Positions 10,165 through 18,055 of a stretch of DNA of 64,000 nucleotides are shown one piece after another. Position 1 is the first letter of the stretch, and each line of letters begins with the position of its first letter. The position numbers and the translations under genes were made by a program. Source of the stretch: Candidatus Poribacteria bacterium (GTDB taxonomy: Bacteria > Poribacteria > WGA-4E > JAJDTR01); the NCBI GenBank assembly GCA_965222225.1, contig CBDCTK010000002.1:544001-608000 (forward strand), given 5' to 3'. The notes under the pieces are model-generated. The model saw only the letters and a program-made list of their open reading frames with translations, did no database searches and was not told the DNA's origin.

Positions 10165-10740
10165 ATGATGGATATAAGAAAAAACCTATCCTTTTTCGCA
10201 TTGGGAAGTGTCTGTACATTAGTGGGGATGTTATTCGCTACAATGTCCCCCTTGTTTGCTAGACGTGGAGAGGACGTTGTTTATGATACGATTCAATGTA
10301 AGAAACTTTTCATTATGGAGGGGGAAAATCCAGTTGCTGTTCTGGGTTCAAATCTACTAGGCGCATTCGATATTGGTACTGGTGGCACTTTGATGTTGGG
10401 AAGCAAAGACAAAATTGGGGGTGTTAGTCTAATGCTGTCTAACGAAGGGCTCATTATTACCGATGGGCAGGTTAACGTGAAGACCGTGATATTGAAGTCA
10501 GATAAGGGCAGCGGACAGCTGCGATTGGGTAATGAAAAGACCAGTGCTAATTTACACCGAAATGTAGACGATGGATATGGGCTTGGTTTCTACCAATCTG
10601 GAAGAGACACTGCCCACTGCTTAATTGGACTTGGTGGGAAGACAAATGTGCCACTACTAATATTTTCTGACGGAAACGGGAAACCGAGATTTGGCAGAAG
10701 CCTTGACAGGTGGGGGAATGTTTCAAAATTTGAGGATTAA
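10165..10740 (+). CDS. Secreted or membrane-anchored beta-rich hypothetical protein
   Basis: RBS AGGAG, N-terminal hydrophobic signal segment, Gly-rich beta-strand repeats. Confidence 0.75.
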   Translation: MMDIRKNLSFFALGSVCTLVGMLFATMSPLFARRGEDVVYDTIQCKKLFIMEGENPVAVLGSNLLGAFDIGTGGTLMLGSKDKIGGVSLMLSNEGLIITDGQVNVKTVILKSDKGSGQLRLGNEKTSANLHRNVDDGYGLGFYQSGRDTAHCLIGLGGKTNVPLLIFSDGNGKPRFGRSLDRWGNVSKFED

Positions 10741-10822
10741 TGAGGTGAACAGACTGCTTTCATTGTGATGAATTTTCAGAAAAATAGCGGGGTATTACCC
10801 CACGCATCTTCCCACCAATGTG

Positions 10823-10847
10823 CTAACCTTCCTCGTGTGCTATCATC
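10823..10847 (+). promoter_or_regulatory. Promoter-like motif, copy 2
   Basis: Near-duplicate of 10053-10077. Confidence 0.55.
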
Positions 10848-10888
10848 CCCCGTATCATCAAAGCTGTGTTAATCAAAGGAGATTCCAA

Positions 10889-11829
10889 ATGAGGCTGTTA
10901 GCAGTCGTGCTTGGTGTATTTTCCCTGTCTTTAGGGTGTTCAAATTCTGGAGGGTAGACAATCCAGTAATTGAGTTTGTCAATCAACCTGCGAATACTAC
11001 CGATGAACAAACCACACAGGTTATTGCCGATGTTTCAAATCCGACTCAACCCGATGTGTCAACAGTTCGCATGGCAGGTTGGAATATCCGAATCTACAGT
11101 GATGGGAGTCGGGATGACAATGAATTGCAATGGATCCCCAATGTGTTAATCGACTACGATTTCATCGCTATCGTTGAATTGAGAGACGAGCGGGTGTTAG
11201 AACGTATCGAAAAGATTCTGATTGGAATGGGAAGGGATTATGACTACGTTGTAAGTGAACCTGTTGGAAACAAAGTTACAGAACGCTATGGTTTCCTTTA
11301 CGATAAATCCTTGTTTAATGTTGTCAAAGATGGCGAGTTCTTTGCCGATAATGATGACGCCTTCCTGCGTGAACCTTACTTCGCATCGTTCAGGGTTGGT
11401 CAATTTGATTTCACTGCGATTGCCGTGCATGTGATTTGGGGTGATAGAGTAGCACAACGACGGGAAGAGATACAGGCATTAGCAAATGTGTATAATTTTG
11501 TTCAGGCTTCAAATGGTGCGGAGCAGGATGTATTACTGTTCGGAGACTTCAATCGTAACCCCGATGATTCATCGGCATATCAACGTCTGTTGGACATTCA
11601 ATCAATGACACACCTGTTTAGCCTTCCCGATAAATCACACATCAAAGATTCAAGTCTTTATGACAACATTTTCTTTCAAACGGTGCATGTAACCGAGTTT
11701 GCCAATAACAAGGGTATAGACAGGTTTGATGAAACCGATTTTGCAAACGATGATAAGGCTGCCTCGCTTGCAGTGAGTGACCATCGCCCTGTGTGGGCTG
11801 AATTTAGAATTGGAAGCGATGATGATTAG
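10889..11829 (+). CDS. DNase I-like endonuclease/exonuclease/phosphatase lipoprotein, frameshifted near 10952-10957
   Basis: WNIR, REPY, GDFN, YDNI and SDHRPV motifs. ATG 10889 encodes MRLLAVVLGVFSLSLGC (lipobox); one extra G would join it to the catalytic ORF. Confidence 0.85.
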
Positions 11830-11857
11830 GTAGCAACACACGACAGGAAGGTGTAAC

Positions 11858-11986
11858 TTGCATCCTAAAGCGTTGAAATTAGTGCCAGCGGGCGTATTGA
11901 TTCTTACTGCAAGTCTGTTGTGGATAGGTGATGGCGTTAGTCATATACCATTTACAGATTCTGGGTTTATACTATCCTCAACCTAA
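11858..11986 (+). CDS. Possible small hydrophobic peptide (42 aa)
   Basis: AGGAAGG RBS and TTG start; MHPKALKLVPAGVLILTASLLWIG. Confidence 0.3.
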   Translation: MHPKALKLVPAGVLILTASLLWIGDGVSHIPFTDSGFILSST

Positions 11987-12112
11987 ACCGAGTTCCAAGC
12001 CTAGCTAGTTGGTTGGAAAGCCCAATAAGGAATACATTCCAATATAGGTGGCTCACGTTAAGTTATTTTCACTTTGCACAACTATCTCTGTATCGGTGGG
12101 TGGAAGTCTCAA

Positions 12113-12499
12113 TCATTGCGCCGCAGAGTTGACAGAAACTATCTTAAAAAATCTCTCCTCGTTGTTATCAGGATCCAGTTTCCCTTTTTCGAGGATAATA
12201 GTATAACCCTTAGCTTGCAACCTATGTGCTTTCTTGATAATACTTACGAAATGAGTTTCTATAGCATAGGGAAGGTCATAATGAACCTCGGATAGCACGA
12301 TGTTATATCCTGCATGTAAGCAAATCTCCCCTCTACCTGACCGAATATGAAAAACTTTTCCAGTACCAAACACGTGTCGCCAAAACTCTATAACCCCTTG
12401 AATCATTTCATCTGTTGTATGGAAATTGAGTATTGCTTCGATTAGCTCCGAGAAATCGGTTCGTAACTTCAAACTTTTCATGATTCTTAACTCTTTCAC
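12113..12499 (-). CDS. Hypothetical protein (128 aa)
   Basis: ORF with globular composition inside the element; no motif recognised. Confidence 0.55.
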   Translation of the reverse strand: MKELRIMKSLKLRTDFSELIEAILNFHTTDEMIQGVIEFWRHVFGTGKVFHIRSGRGEICLHAGYNIVLSEVHYDLPYAIETHFVSIIKKAHRLQAKGYTIILEKGKLDPDNNEERFFKIVSVNSAAQ

Positions 12500-12585
12500 G
12501 TTTCCCCGTCGGGTTTTTGTAGTCTACTATTTTCTGGCAATTCCTTTTGATTGTCAATAAAGAATTTGATTCATGATTGACATAC

Positions 12586-12680
12586 TCAAAAAAGCATTTC
12601 AGGCATTCTAAGGGATAGTTCCGCTTCAATGGGTGTTATGCTCTTACCTGAGCGCAAAGAATCGCTTGTGGGCTTACTAA
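12586..12680 (+). repeat. Phased ~100-bp repeat, copy 1
   Basis: aaaaagcatttcaggcattctaagggatagtt...gggtgttatg...aaagaatcgcttgtgggctt; aligns with 13812-13910. Confidence 0.75.
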
Positions 12681-12822
12681 CAAGGGTGGGGGAATGTGCC
12701 TATTTCGTTGGCAAAGGCTAGGGAAATCTACTCCCCGTGTGCGAAGTGTAATCCACCGAAGTAAAGGACGAGTGGCACTATCAATATCTGATACTGTCGA
12801 AAAGAAAGGAGACCTAGGGTAG

Positions 12823-13287
12823 ATGACAAACGACAATGACCAAGCGTTGGCACTAGACAAATTCAAACTTGAGGCATATAAAGATTTGAGCCGATGGAAC
12901 ATTCATGACGAGCAGTCTCTGAGTTCTAGAGATAAGTTCCTTCTTACGGCGTCAGTTGGAGCGTGTGTGGCGTCATTGATGAAATATCGAGAAGTTTACC
13001 ATTTTGTTTATCTTGGCAGTCTAGTTGCCCTTTGTTATTGGATGATTCTATCTATCCGCTATAGGTTAAGAATACAACTGAGAATAGAATCAATGCACGG
13101 GATAGAAGAAGAGCTAGGATATAGTCCGTACTCGACAGTAGGCCGTTCAGTCGGGTCGATACTTTGGCTATTGCCACGGGATCTAACGCTAAGGACTTCG
13201 TTCTTCTTCCTCTTTGTGTTGGTTATGTGTCCACCTATATTGACACAATTGGGCATGTTAATCAATTGTATCAGTAGGTATTTCTAA
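12823..13287 (+). CDS. Small multi-TM membrane protein, paralog A
   Basis: Shares LE.Y.DLS.WN, YW.ILS.RYR.RI, MHGIE..LG and PRD.TLR with the 13353 gene; about 3 hydrophobic helices. Confidence 0.75.
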   Translation: MTNDNDQALALDKFKLEAYKDLSRWNIHDEQSLSSRDKFLLTASVGACVASLMKYREVYHFVYLGSLVALCYWMILSIRYRLRIQLRIESMHGIEEELGYSPYSTVGRSVGSILWLLPRDLTLRTSFFFLFVLVMCPPILTQLGMLINCISRYF

Positions 13288-13352
13288 TCCCAGTCACTCG
13301 GGCGTCCACGTGAGTGTTCGAATTTTTCTAGTCGAGAGGAGTTCAAACGCTC

Positions 13353-13786
13353 ATGGCAAACGACAATGACGTACAATTAGAGGGCTATAGAGATTTGAGC
13401 AAGTGGAATGATAGAGACATTCAAACCGTGATAACTTTCGACAAGATTTTCCTTCCTGCATCAATGGGGGCGTGTCTGCTATCATTAGCCAAAGAACCAC
13501 AAACATATCCATTTGTCTATGGGGGGGCAGCGTTTTGTTCTTATTGTACTGGCTAATTCTATCCCTCCGGTATAGGGCACGGATTTTTAGTCGATTTCAG
13601 GTAATGCACGGTATAGAGTACGGTCTTGGGTTTAGAGCACATTCAGTTCTGCCAAATAGTCTAGGCTACCCAAGAGACCGTACTTTGAGAAAGATATTCT
13701 TTGGCTTCTTTGTGATTGTGATGCTCATTCCAATAATCCTTCATATTATCTGCCCTACATTGTTTTCGCTTTCGTCAAACAACTGA
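13353..13786 (+). CDS. Small multi-TM membrane protein, paralog B, frameshifted in the G7 run at 13521-13527
   Basis: ORFs 13353-13556 and 13472-13786 together align end-to-end with paralog A. Confidence 0.75.
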
Positions 13787-13811
13787 GACAACAACCTCGC
13801 CATGTAACACC

Positions 13812-13910
13812 CCAAAACGCATTTCAGAGCATTCTAAGCAATAGTTCAGCCTTTTGGGTGTTATGGTATGCTTGGAATAAAGAATCGCTGGTGTGCGTCT
13901 GTGGGCTTGC
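13812..13910 (+). repeat. Phased ~100-bp repeat, copy 2
   Basis: aaaacgcatttcagagcattctaagcaatagtt...gggtgttatg...aaagaatcgctggtgtgcgtctg. Confidence 0.75.
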
Positions 13911-14191
13911 CGACGTGGCACTTGGCAAGGCATAAACCTAAACGTGCTTTCAATTCGTCACATTCAGGGGTGATGCGTAGTTTTCACCTTTCTTCTCGCA
14001 TAGAATTTCCTTGCTACTTGACTTCCGACTAATGTATGATATTTGCATGGTCTAATGTAAACACTTTCTACTAGTCACCGAAAAGGGTGTAGTGAGTTCC
14101 CGATACTCACCCACAGGCTTGCCTAGCGAATGATTTTGGTGTGCCATCAAGGGGTGTTTTGCTTGTCTGAAAACCTGTTGAGGAGATACGG

Positions 14192-14503
14192 ATGTTTATC
14201 AAGACCGAATCTGGTATTATCCTAAATTGGGACGTAATAAGTAAAATCACGATGGAATCACACGGCACTCGAGGTCCAGTCGGCACTCGAGGTCAAGTGC
14301 CGCCTACTCCTCTGCCGAATTGCAAAGTTGTAGCATATCTCGCACATTCAAATTCACCCGTTATAATTTCATATTGTGATATACGAACTGCAATAGAAAT
14401 TATGGACGCAATTGAAGAGGCACTAATTAATTCCCGTACACATCCAGACCTAGGTTCAATATTTGCCAAACGTCAATTAGCAAAACAAATAACCAATGAG
14501 TAA
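14192..14503 (+). CDS. Hypothetical protein (103 aa)
   Basis: GAGGAG RBS; internal GTRG duplication (ggcactcgaggtc twice); overlaps the next gene. Confidence 0.65.
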   Translation: MFIKTESGIILNWDVISKITMESHGTRGPVGTRGQVPPTPLPNCKVVAYLAHSNSPVIISYCDIRTAIEIMDAIEEALINSRTHPDLGSIFAKRQLAKQITNE

Positions 14504-14912
14504 TGGAGAGCGCATTTCTCCACTAAGTTTCAGACTAAAGTATCTGAAATCGGACTTAGTAATTTTTTCGATTGCTTTGGGTGTGTATATCTTCATATTA
14601 TGGAGGGAAAAATCTCATACGGGGATAGAACGTATAATATGGATCGTTGATCGTGTTGGTGCGGCTGTTCCTGTTGCCATTGTATTGACGCTATTATTTG
14701 AATTAGGAGGACTGGGCATCGTGTTGTTAACCAATTGGTACAAAGAATCTTACAAAGCCAAGCGCGAAAAAGAACTTGAAGAGGCTAAAGAGCAAGGGCG
14801 TCGTGAAGGACGTGCTGAGGCTGCAGCCGAGTTGGAAGCTGCACAACAGGAGTGGTATGATGAATCTGCCGCCGATACCGGAAGCGAGCCCAGTTCGGAC
14901 GAAAGAGAGTGA
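14496..14912 (+). CDS. Membrane protein with 2 TM helices and a charged C-terminal coil
   Basis: Two hydrophobic segments followed by EEAKEQGRREGRAE. Confidence 0.65.
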   Translation: MSNGERISPLSFRLKYLKSDLVIFSIALGVYIFILWREKSHTGIERIIWIVDRVGAAVPVAIVLTLLFELGGLGIVLLTNWYKESYKAKREKELEEAKEQGRREGRAEAAAELEAAQQEWYDESAADTGSEPSSDERE

Positions 14913-14939
14913 TAGCTCCGCCATAATGCAGTGCAGTTG

Positions 14940-15572
14940 CTAATTTCGTTCCTCAAGTGCTTCCTTCAATGCTTGGATTACTTCCTCTCTCCATTTTTCG
15001 ATAAAGTGAAATGTAAACTTACTCAAGTAAGGATTTTCGGCACTAAATACACCCGTTTCCAACAACATCGCCTTATAAATTTCTTGATGCTTTTCGGATA
15101 GCTTGCCTATGGCAGATTCAAGGATTGATTTTAACTCATTGTGGGTTGCAACGTCGGCAGGGTTCGGCAAGGATTCATCTTTCAGAATGTCTGCATAATC
15201 CATCACACCCTCTTCGGTCTTTATCAATTCATTCAGCGAATCCGCCTCCAACTGCCAAGTGCGCTTATGTCTGCCTAGTCGCCTCAAATGAAAAAGAGAA
15301 AAGTTTCGCATTGAAACGCTGGTGAATGCGTGTAGCTTACCCAAATCTGGGTTCCAAGATGCTATCAATTCTCTAAAAAAATGCTCTGCTGCAAGTTGTC
15401 GCATGTCTTCAATGTCCAGCCCCTCAACCCATTTGTTGTAACTTCCAAAATACTGTTTCACTGCTGCATATATGATTGCTCGGTGTCGTTTCCAAAGGAT
15501 TTCCCCCGCCTCATTATCACCATGTTCGATATACAACGAAATTAGCTCGGCGTCTGTCTTATTGTCTATCAA
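14940..15572 (-). CDS. Sigma-70 family RNA polymerase sigma factor (SigH/ECF-like, divergent region 4)
   Basis: TDAELI...GDNEAGEILWKRH, IEDMRQ, SWNPDLGKLHAF (region 2); LESAIGKLSEKHQEI (start of region 4). Confidence 0.75.
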   Translation of the reverse strand: MIDNKTDAELISLYIEHGDNEAGEILWKRHRAIIYAAVKQYFGSYNKWVEGLDIEDMRQLAAEHFFRELIASWNPDLGKLHAFTSVSMRNFSLFHLRRLGRHKRTWQLEADSLNELIKTEEGVMDYADILKDESLPNPADVATHNELKSILESAIGKLSEKHQEIYKAMLLETGVFSAENPYLSKFTFHFIEKWREEVIQALKEALEERN

Positions 15573-15724
15573 CTTCCATCACCACCTCTCCGAGATAGAC
15601 GTTAAATTTTAGCTTTTCCTGTGGCGGTAGTGTACCCTTGAAAAGGGTGTATTTCAAGATGGGGAATTGATGTAAGGCGAGGGGGTTGGTTCGGATGATG
15701 TTCGGTGGGAAAAATTAACGCACC

Positions 15725-15830
15725 ATTGAGGGTTTTAAGGGGTTTTATTTGGTTTTTAAGTGGGTGTCTTTACCCTATTCCTCAATTAAAACCCCGTCTG
15801 GTGCGCCTGGCGTGCGTTTTGGTGCGTTCT
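15725..15830 (+). repeat. Phased ~100-bp repeat, copy 3 (divergent)
   Basis: ttttaaggggttttatttggtttttaagtgggtgtctttaccc...aaaaccccgtctggtgcgcctgg; same centre and periodic arms. Confidence 0.5.
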
Positions 15831-15841
15831 GTGAGTATCAA

Positions 15842-16048
15842 TCAAACCGATTGTGTCTGATTCAAGTTGCGTGGCTTGTAAAGGTTTTGATTCGTTGAAA
15901 ACATCACGGGTATACACTTGCGGTTCGGGTCAAGTAATCGCTTAAAGCATTGCGTGAAAATTCCCTCGCCTGGCTTCAATCCTGTATGGACGAGGTGTTT
16001 TCTTTGATTCTTGAGATTGTGACGCCATTCATCCAAGTTGATTTTCAT
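15842..16048 (-). CDS. Hypothetical protein (68 aa)
   Basis: GGAG RBS upstream of the ATG; lies in the phage-like minus-strand cluster. Confidence 0.5.
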   Translation of the reverse strand: MKINLDEWRHNLKNQRKHLVHTGLKPGEGIFTQCFKRLLDPNRKCIPVMFSTNQNLYKPRNLNQTQSV

Positions 16049-16175
16049 AATGGTTATACTCCAAAAAGTAAAGAAACGAGTTCACGGAAATAGTAACTTG
16101 AAGAGTAGCTGAAAATCAGCCCGATTTCCAAGATGGCTATGTGTAGATTATTCATGGTTTATGATAGAGATTCCT

Positions 16176-16280
16176 AAAAGTGCATCCAGATCGATTTAAG
16201 GCTATCGTATAGGTTTTCGGGTATGTGTGTTATCCCTTGTTTAGCGCTCAAAACCCGCTGTGGATGTCTGGTGCAATTCC
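16176..16280 (+). repeat. Phased ~100-bp repeat, copy 4 (divergent)
   Basis: aaaagtgcatccagatcgatttaaggctatc...gtgtgttatccc...aaaacccgctgtggatgtctggtgc; resembles copies 2 and 3. Confidence 0.55.
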
Positions 16281-16475
16281 TCAGCCGTTCTGAGAGGTGT
16301 TGATTGACTCATTGATGCAGTCAACTATCATTTGTTTCAGTTCATGCGTTGGTTTGCTCGTATCAAGATTGAAATGCTTGGCAAGAGGTGCAACCCCGAA
16401 ACCTGATTTTAGCACAATGTGTTCGGGTGTCCATTTTCCTGAGATACAAGCGTTGATAATTTGTTCGGCGTTCAT
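16281..16475 (-). CDS. Hypothetical protein (64 aa)
   Basis: GAGGTG RBS; directly downstream of the TerS-like gene. Confidence 0.6.
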   Translation of the reverse strand: MNAEQIINACISGKWTPEHIVLKSGFGVAPLAKHFNLDTSKPTHELKQMIVDCINESINTSQNG

Positions 16476-16479
16476 GTAT

Positions 16480-17183
16480 TCAAATCACCTCATTTTGAGT
16501 TTCGGGTTCGTCCAATTTCTCATATTCTGATTTTCCAAGTGCTTCGCTACGTTCAGCTAAGGAATTGAAAAGTCTATCAAGTTCTGATTTTAACTCCTCA
16601 TGGATTATTAAATCATCATCCAGAGATGCCCAACGGGTTGAAAATTTGTCGGGGATTGTGTACAAGTTGATTTTTAGCGCATTTAGGGATTCATTCCATT
16701 CTCTCACTGCATCAGCCAACAGGATATATTCTTTTCTTTCCCTTGCAAACTGCAAGCGCAGGTGTTCGGATCTATGTCTTGCGGTCTCAGTTTCAACCCT
16801 ACGAGTCTCCGCAAGTGCTCTTTCCTTGTCGGCACGTGCGAGTTTGAAACGCCTGTCGATTGACGCCAATGATTCATCTTCACTGGACGCCTCTTTTGAT
16901 TTAGATTTAGATTGAGTGTTGGTTTTTTGGTGCTAGGAGTGCTTTTTGAGTTCGGCTGTTTTTTGAAATAATACCCACAGGTTTTGCCATTTCTTTTTGT
17001 TCGGCTGTTTCCGCATTGCTGCCAACCCAAATCCTGGAGTTCGACAGAAATCCGCCTGGTTGAGTAGGCAGAATCAAGCAAAATGTTGACGTGTTTTGTG
17101 ATTTCTTTCGGCGTGCTGAAATCACCTCTTTTGCTTGAGGTTACTAGATCTCTCTGAAGGATTTCGGATATATGCTCAGACAC
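16480..17183 (-). CDS. Terminase small subunit-like protein (winged-helix N-terminus plus lambda Nu1-like C-terminus), split in the A6 run at 16923-16928
   Basis: C-terminal part LRLQFARERKEYILLADAVREWNESLNALKINLYTIPDKF...IHEELKSELDRLFNSLA fits the Nu1-type pattern. One extra A fuses it to ORF 16704-17183 (~234 aa). Confidence 0.6.
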
Positions 17184-17242
17184 TTACAAAAACCTAAACA
17201 CAACCAAGAGCGATATGAGTAGGATTTCATAGGCATCTGCTT

Positions 17243-17935
17243 TTACTGGCTGATGACTGATAGCGCATTTGGCTTTACTAGGGCTGCATCTGCCATCACG
17301 GACATGGTCAAAACAACCTTGTTGTTGATTGATCTCGTGAATCCATCAATAATCAAATCGAAAACGGTGCTATCGTGCCATAATCCTACAACTACGAATG
17401 AGGGGTTCATAAGCCAACAGTCCGCATCCTCTAGGTTCTCAGTGATTAAGGCGTCATATCCTAGCACTTTGCCGTCGTCCATGAAAATAGGGGTAAAGAA
17501 ACTGGGTAATCGGATGCTCCGTAACCTTTTTCGAGTGTTTGAGTTCATTATGAAAAAGTACGGTAAGGGAGTTTTGCCCGTCCCTAGATTGCCTTCTGCG
17601 TCCCGCACCGATTCGTGAGCCGTTCCGCCCTGAAGGGCTGGAAGCGGAGTCCACGTAGCCGACGAAATTCCTGAAGTGTTCACAATACCCGATATTTCGT
17701 TTTGGGTGCTGTTACCTTTGAGAATTTGCCTGTCGAGTTCCTCAGTCAATGCCGAGCGCATGTCGTTCAGAATCAAATCGTTGATGTCACGGCTTGATTG
17801 CTCTATCAGTGTTCTTGAGATTTCTATGCTCACCCGAACGTGTTTTGGAATGAGTTTTATATTTGACCATGCAGGTTCGGTGCTAAAAACATTCGCATCC
17901 GTTGTTGTTTCTGTCACGGCTTTGGCAGTCAACAC
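17243..17935 (-). pseudogene. HK97-fold phage major capsid protein, C-terminal ~230 aa only
   Basis: ISRTLIEQSSRDINDLILNDMRSALTEELDRQILKGNSTQNEISGI, FIMNS..R..LR, VLGY, DAALVKPNAL. An in-frame stop lies just upstream, close to the element end. Confidence 0.8.
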
Positions 17936-18010
17936 TGCGGGAGTGTTTTTTTTATTTACGTTACTTAACCCCTATAAACCCGTACTATGACTTAGTTTCT
18001 CTCTGTGTAA

Positions 18011-18022
18011 CGTAAAGTTGCG
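18011..18022 (+). repeat. attR-like direct repeat CGTAAAGTTGCG
   Basis: Identical to 9611-9622; overlaps a 10-bp inverted repeat pair (17955-17964 and 18007-18016). Confidence 0.7.
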
Positions 18023-18055
18023 TTAACGTTCTTTTACGCCAAGACTACTAGGACA

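Larger units (their letters stand above)
9611..18022. mobile_element. Integrated phage-satellite/prophage-like relic (~8.4 kb) at the comB 3' end
   Basis: 12-bp direct repeat CGTAAAGTTGCG at 9611-9622 and 18011-18022. Interior has capsid and small-terminase homologues, a sigma factor and AT-richer orphan genes. Confidence 0.75.

Noticed and set aside
10165-14912. Integron cassette array
   Set aside because: The orphan genes are co-oriented, but no attC-type RYYYAAC...GTTRRRY sites or integron integrase were found, and the genes have their own promoter motifs.
12586-16280. CRISPR array
   Set aside because: The repeats are ~100 bp, degenerate and separated by whole genes; no cas genes.
17243-17935. 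Encapsulin shell protein
   Set aside because: The sequence pattern and adjacency to a TerS-like gene inside an att-bounded element favour a phage-type capsid; no cargo enzyme is adjacent.
9611-18022. Complete inducible prophage
   Set aside because: Too small; no integrase, replication, large terminase, portal, tail or lysis genes are recognisable.
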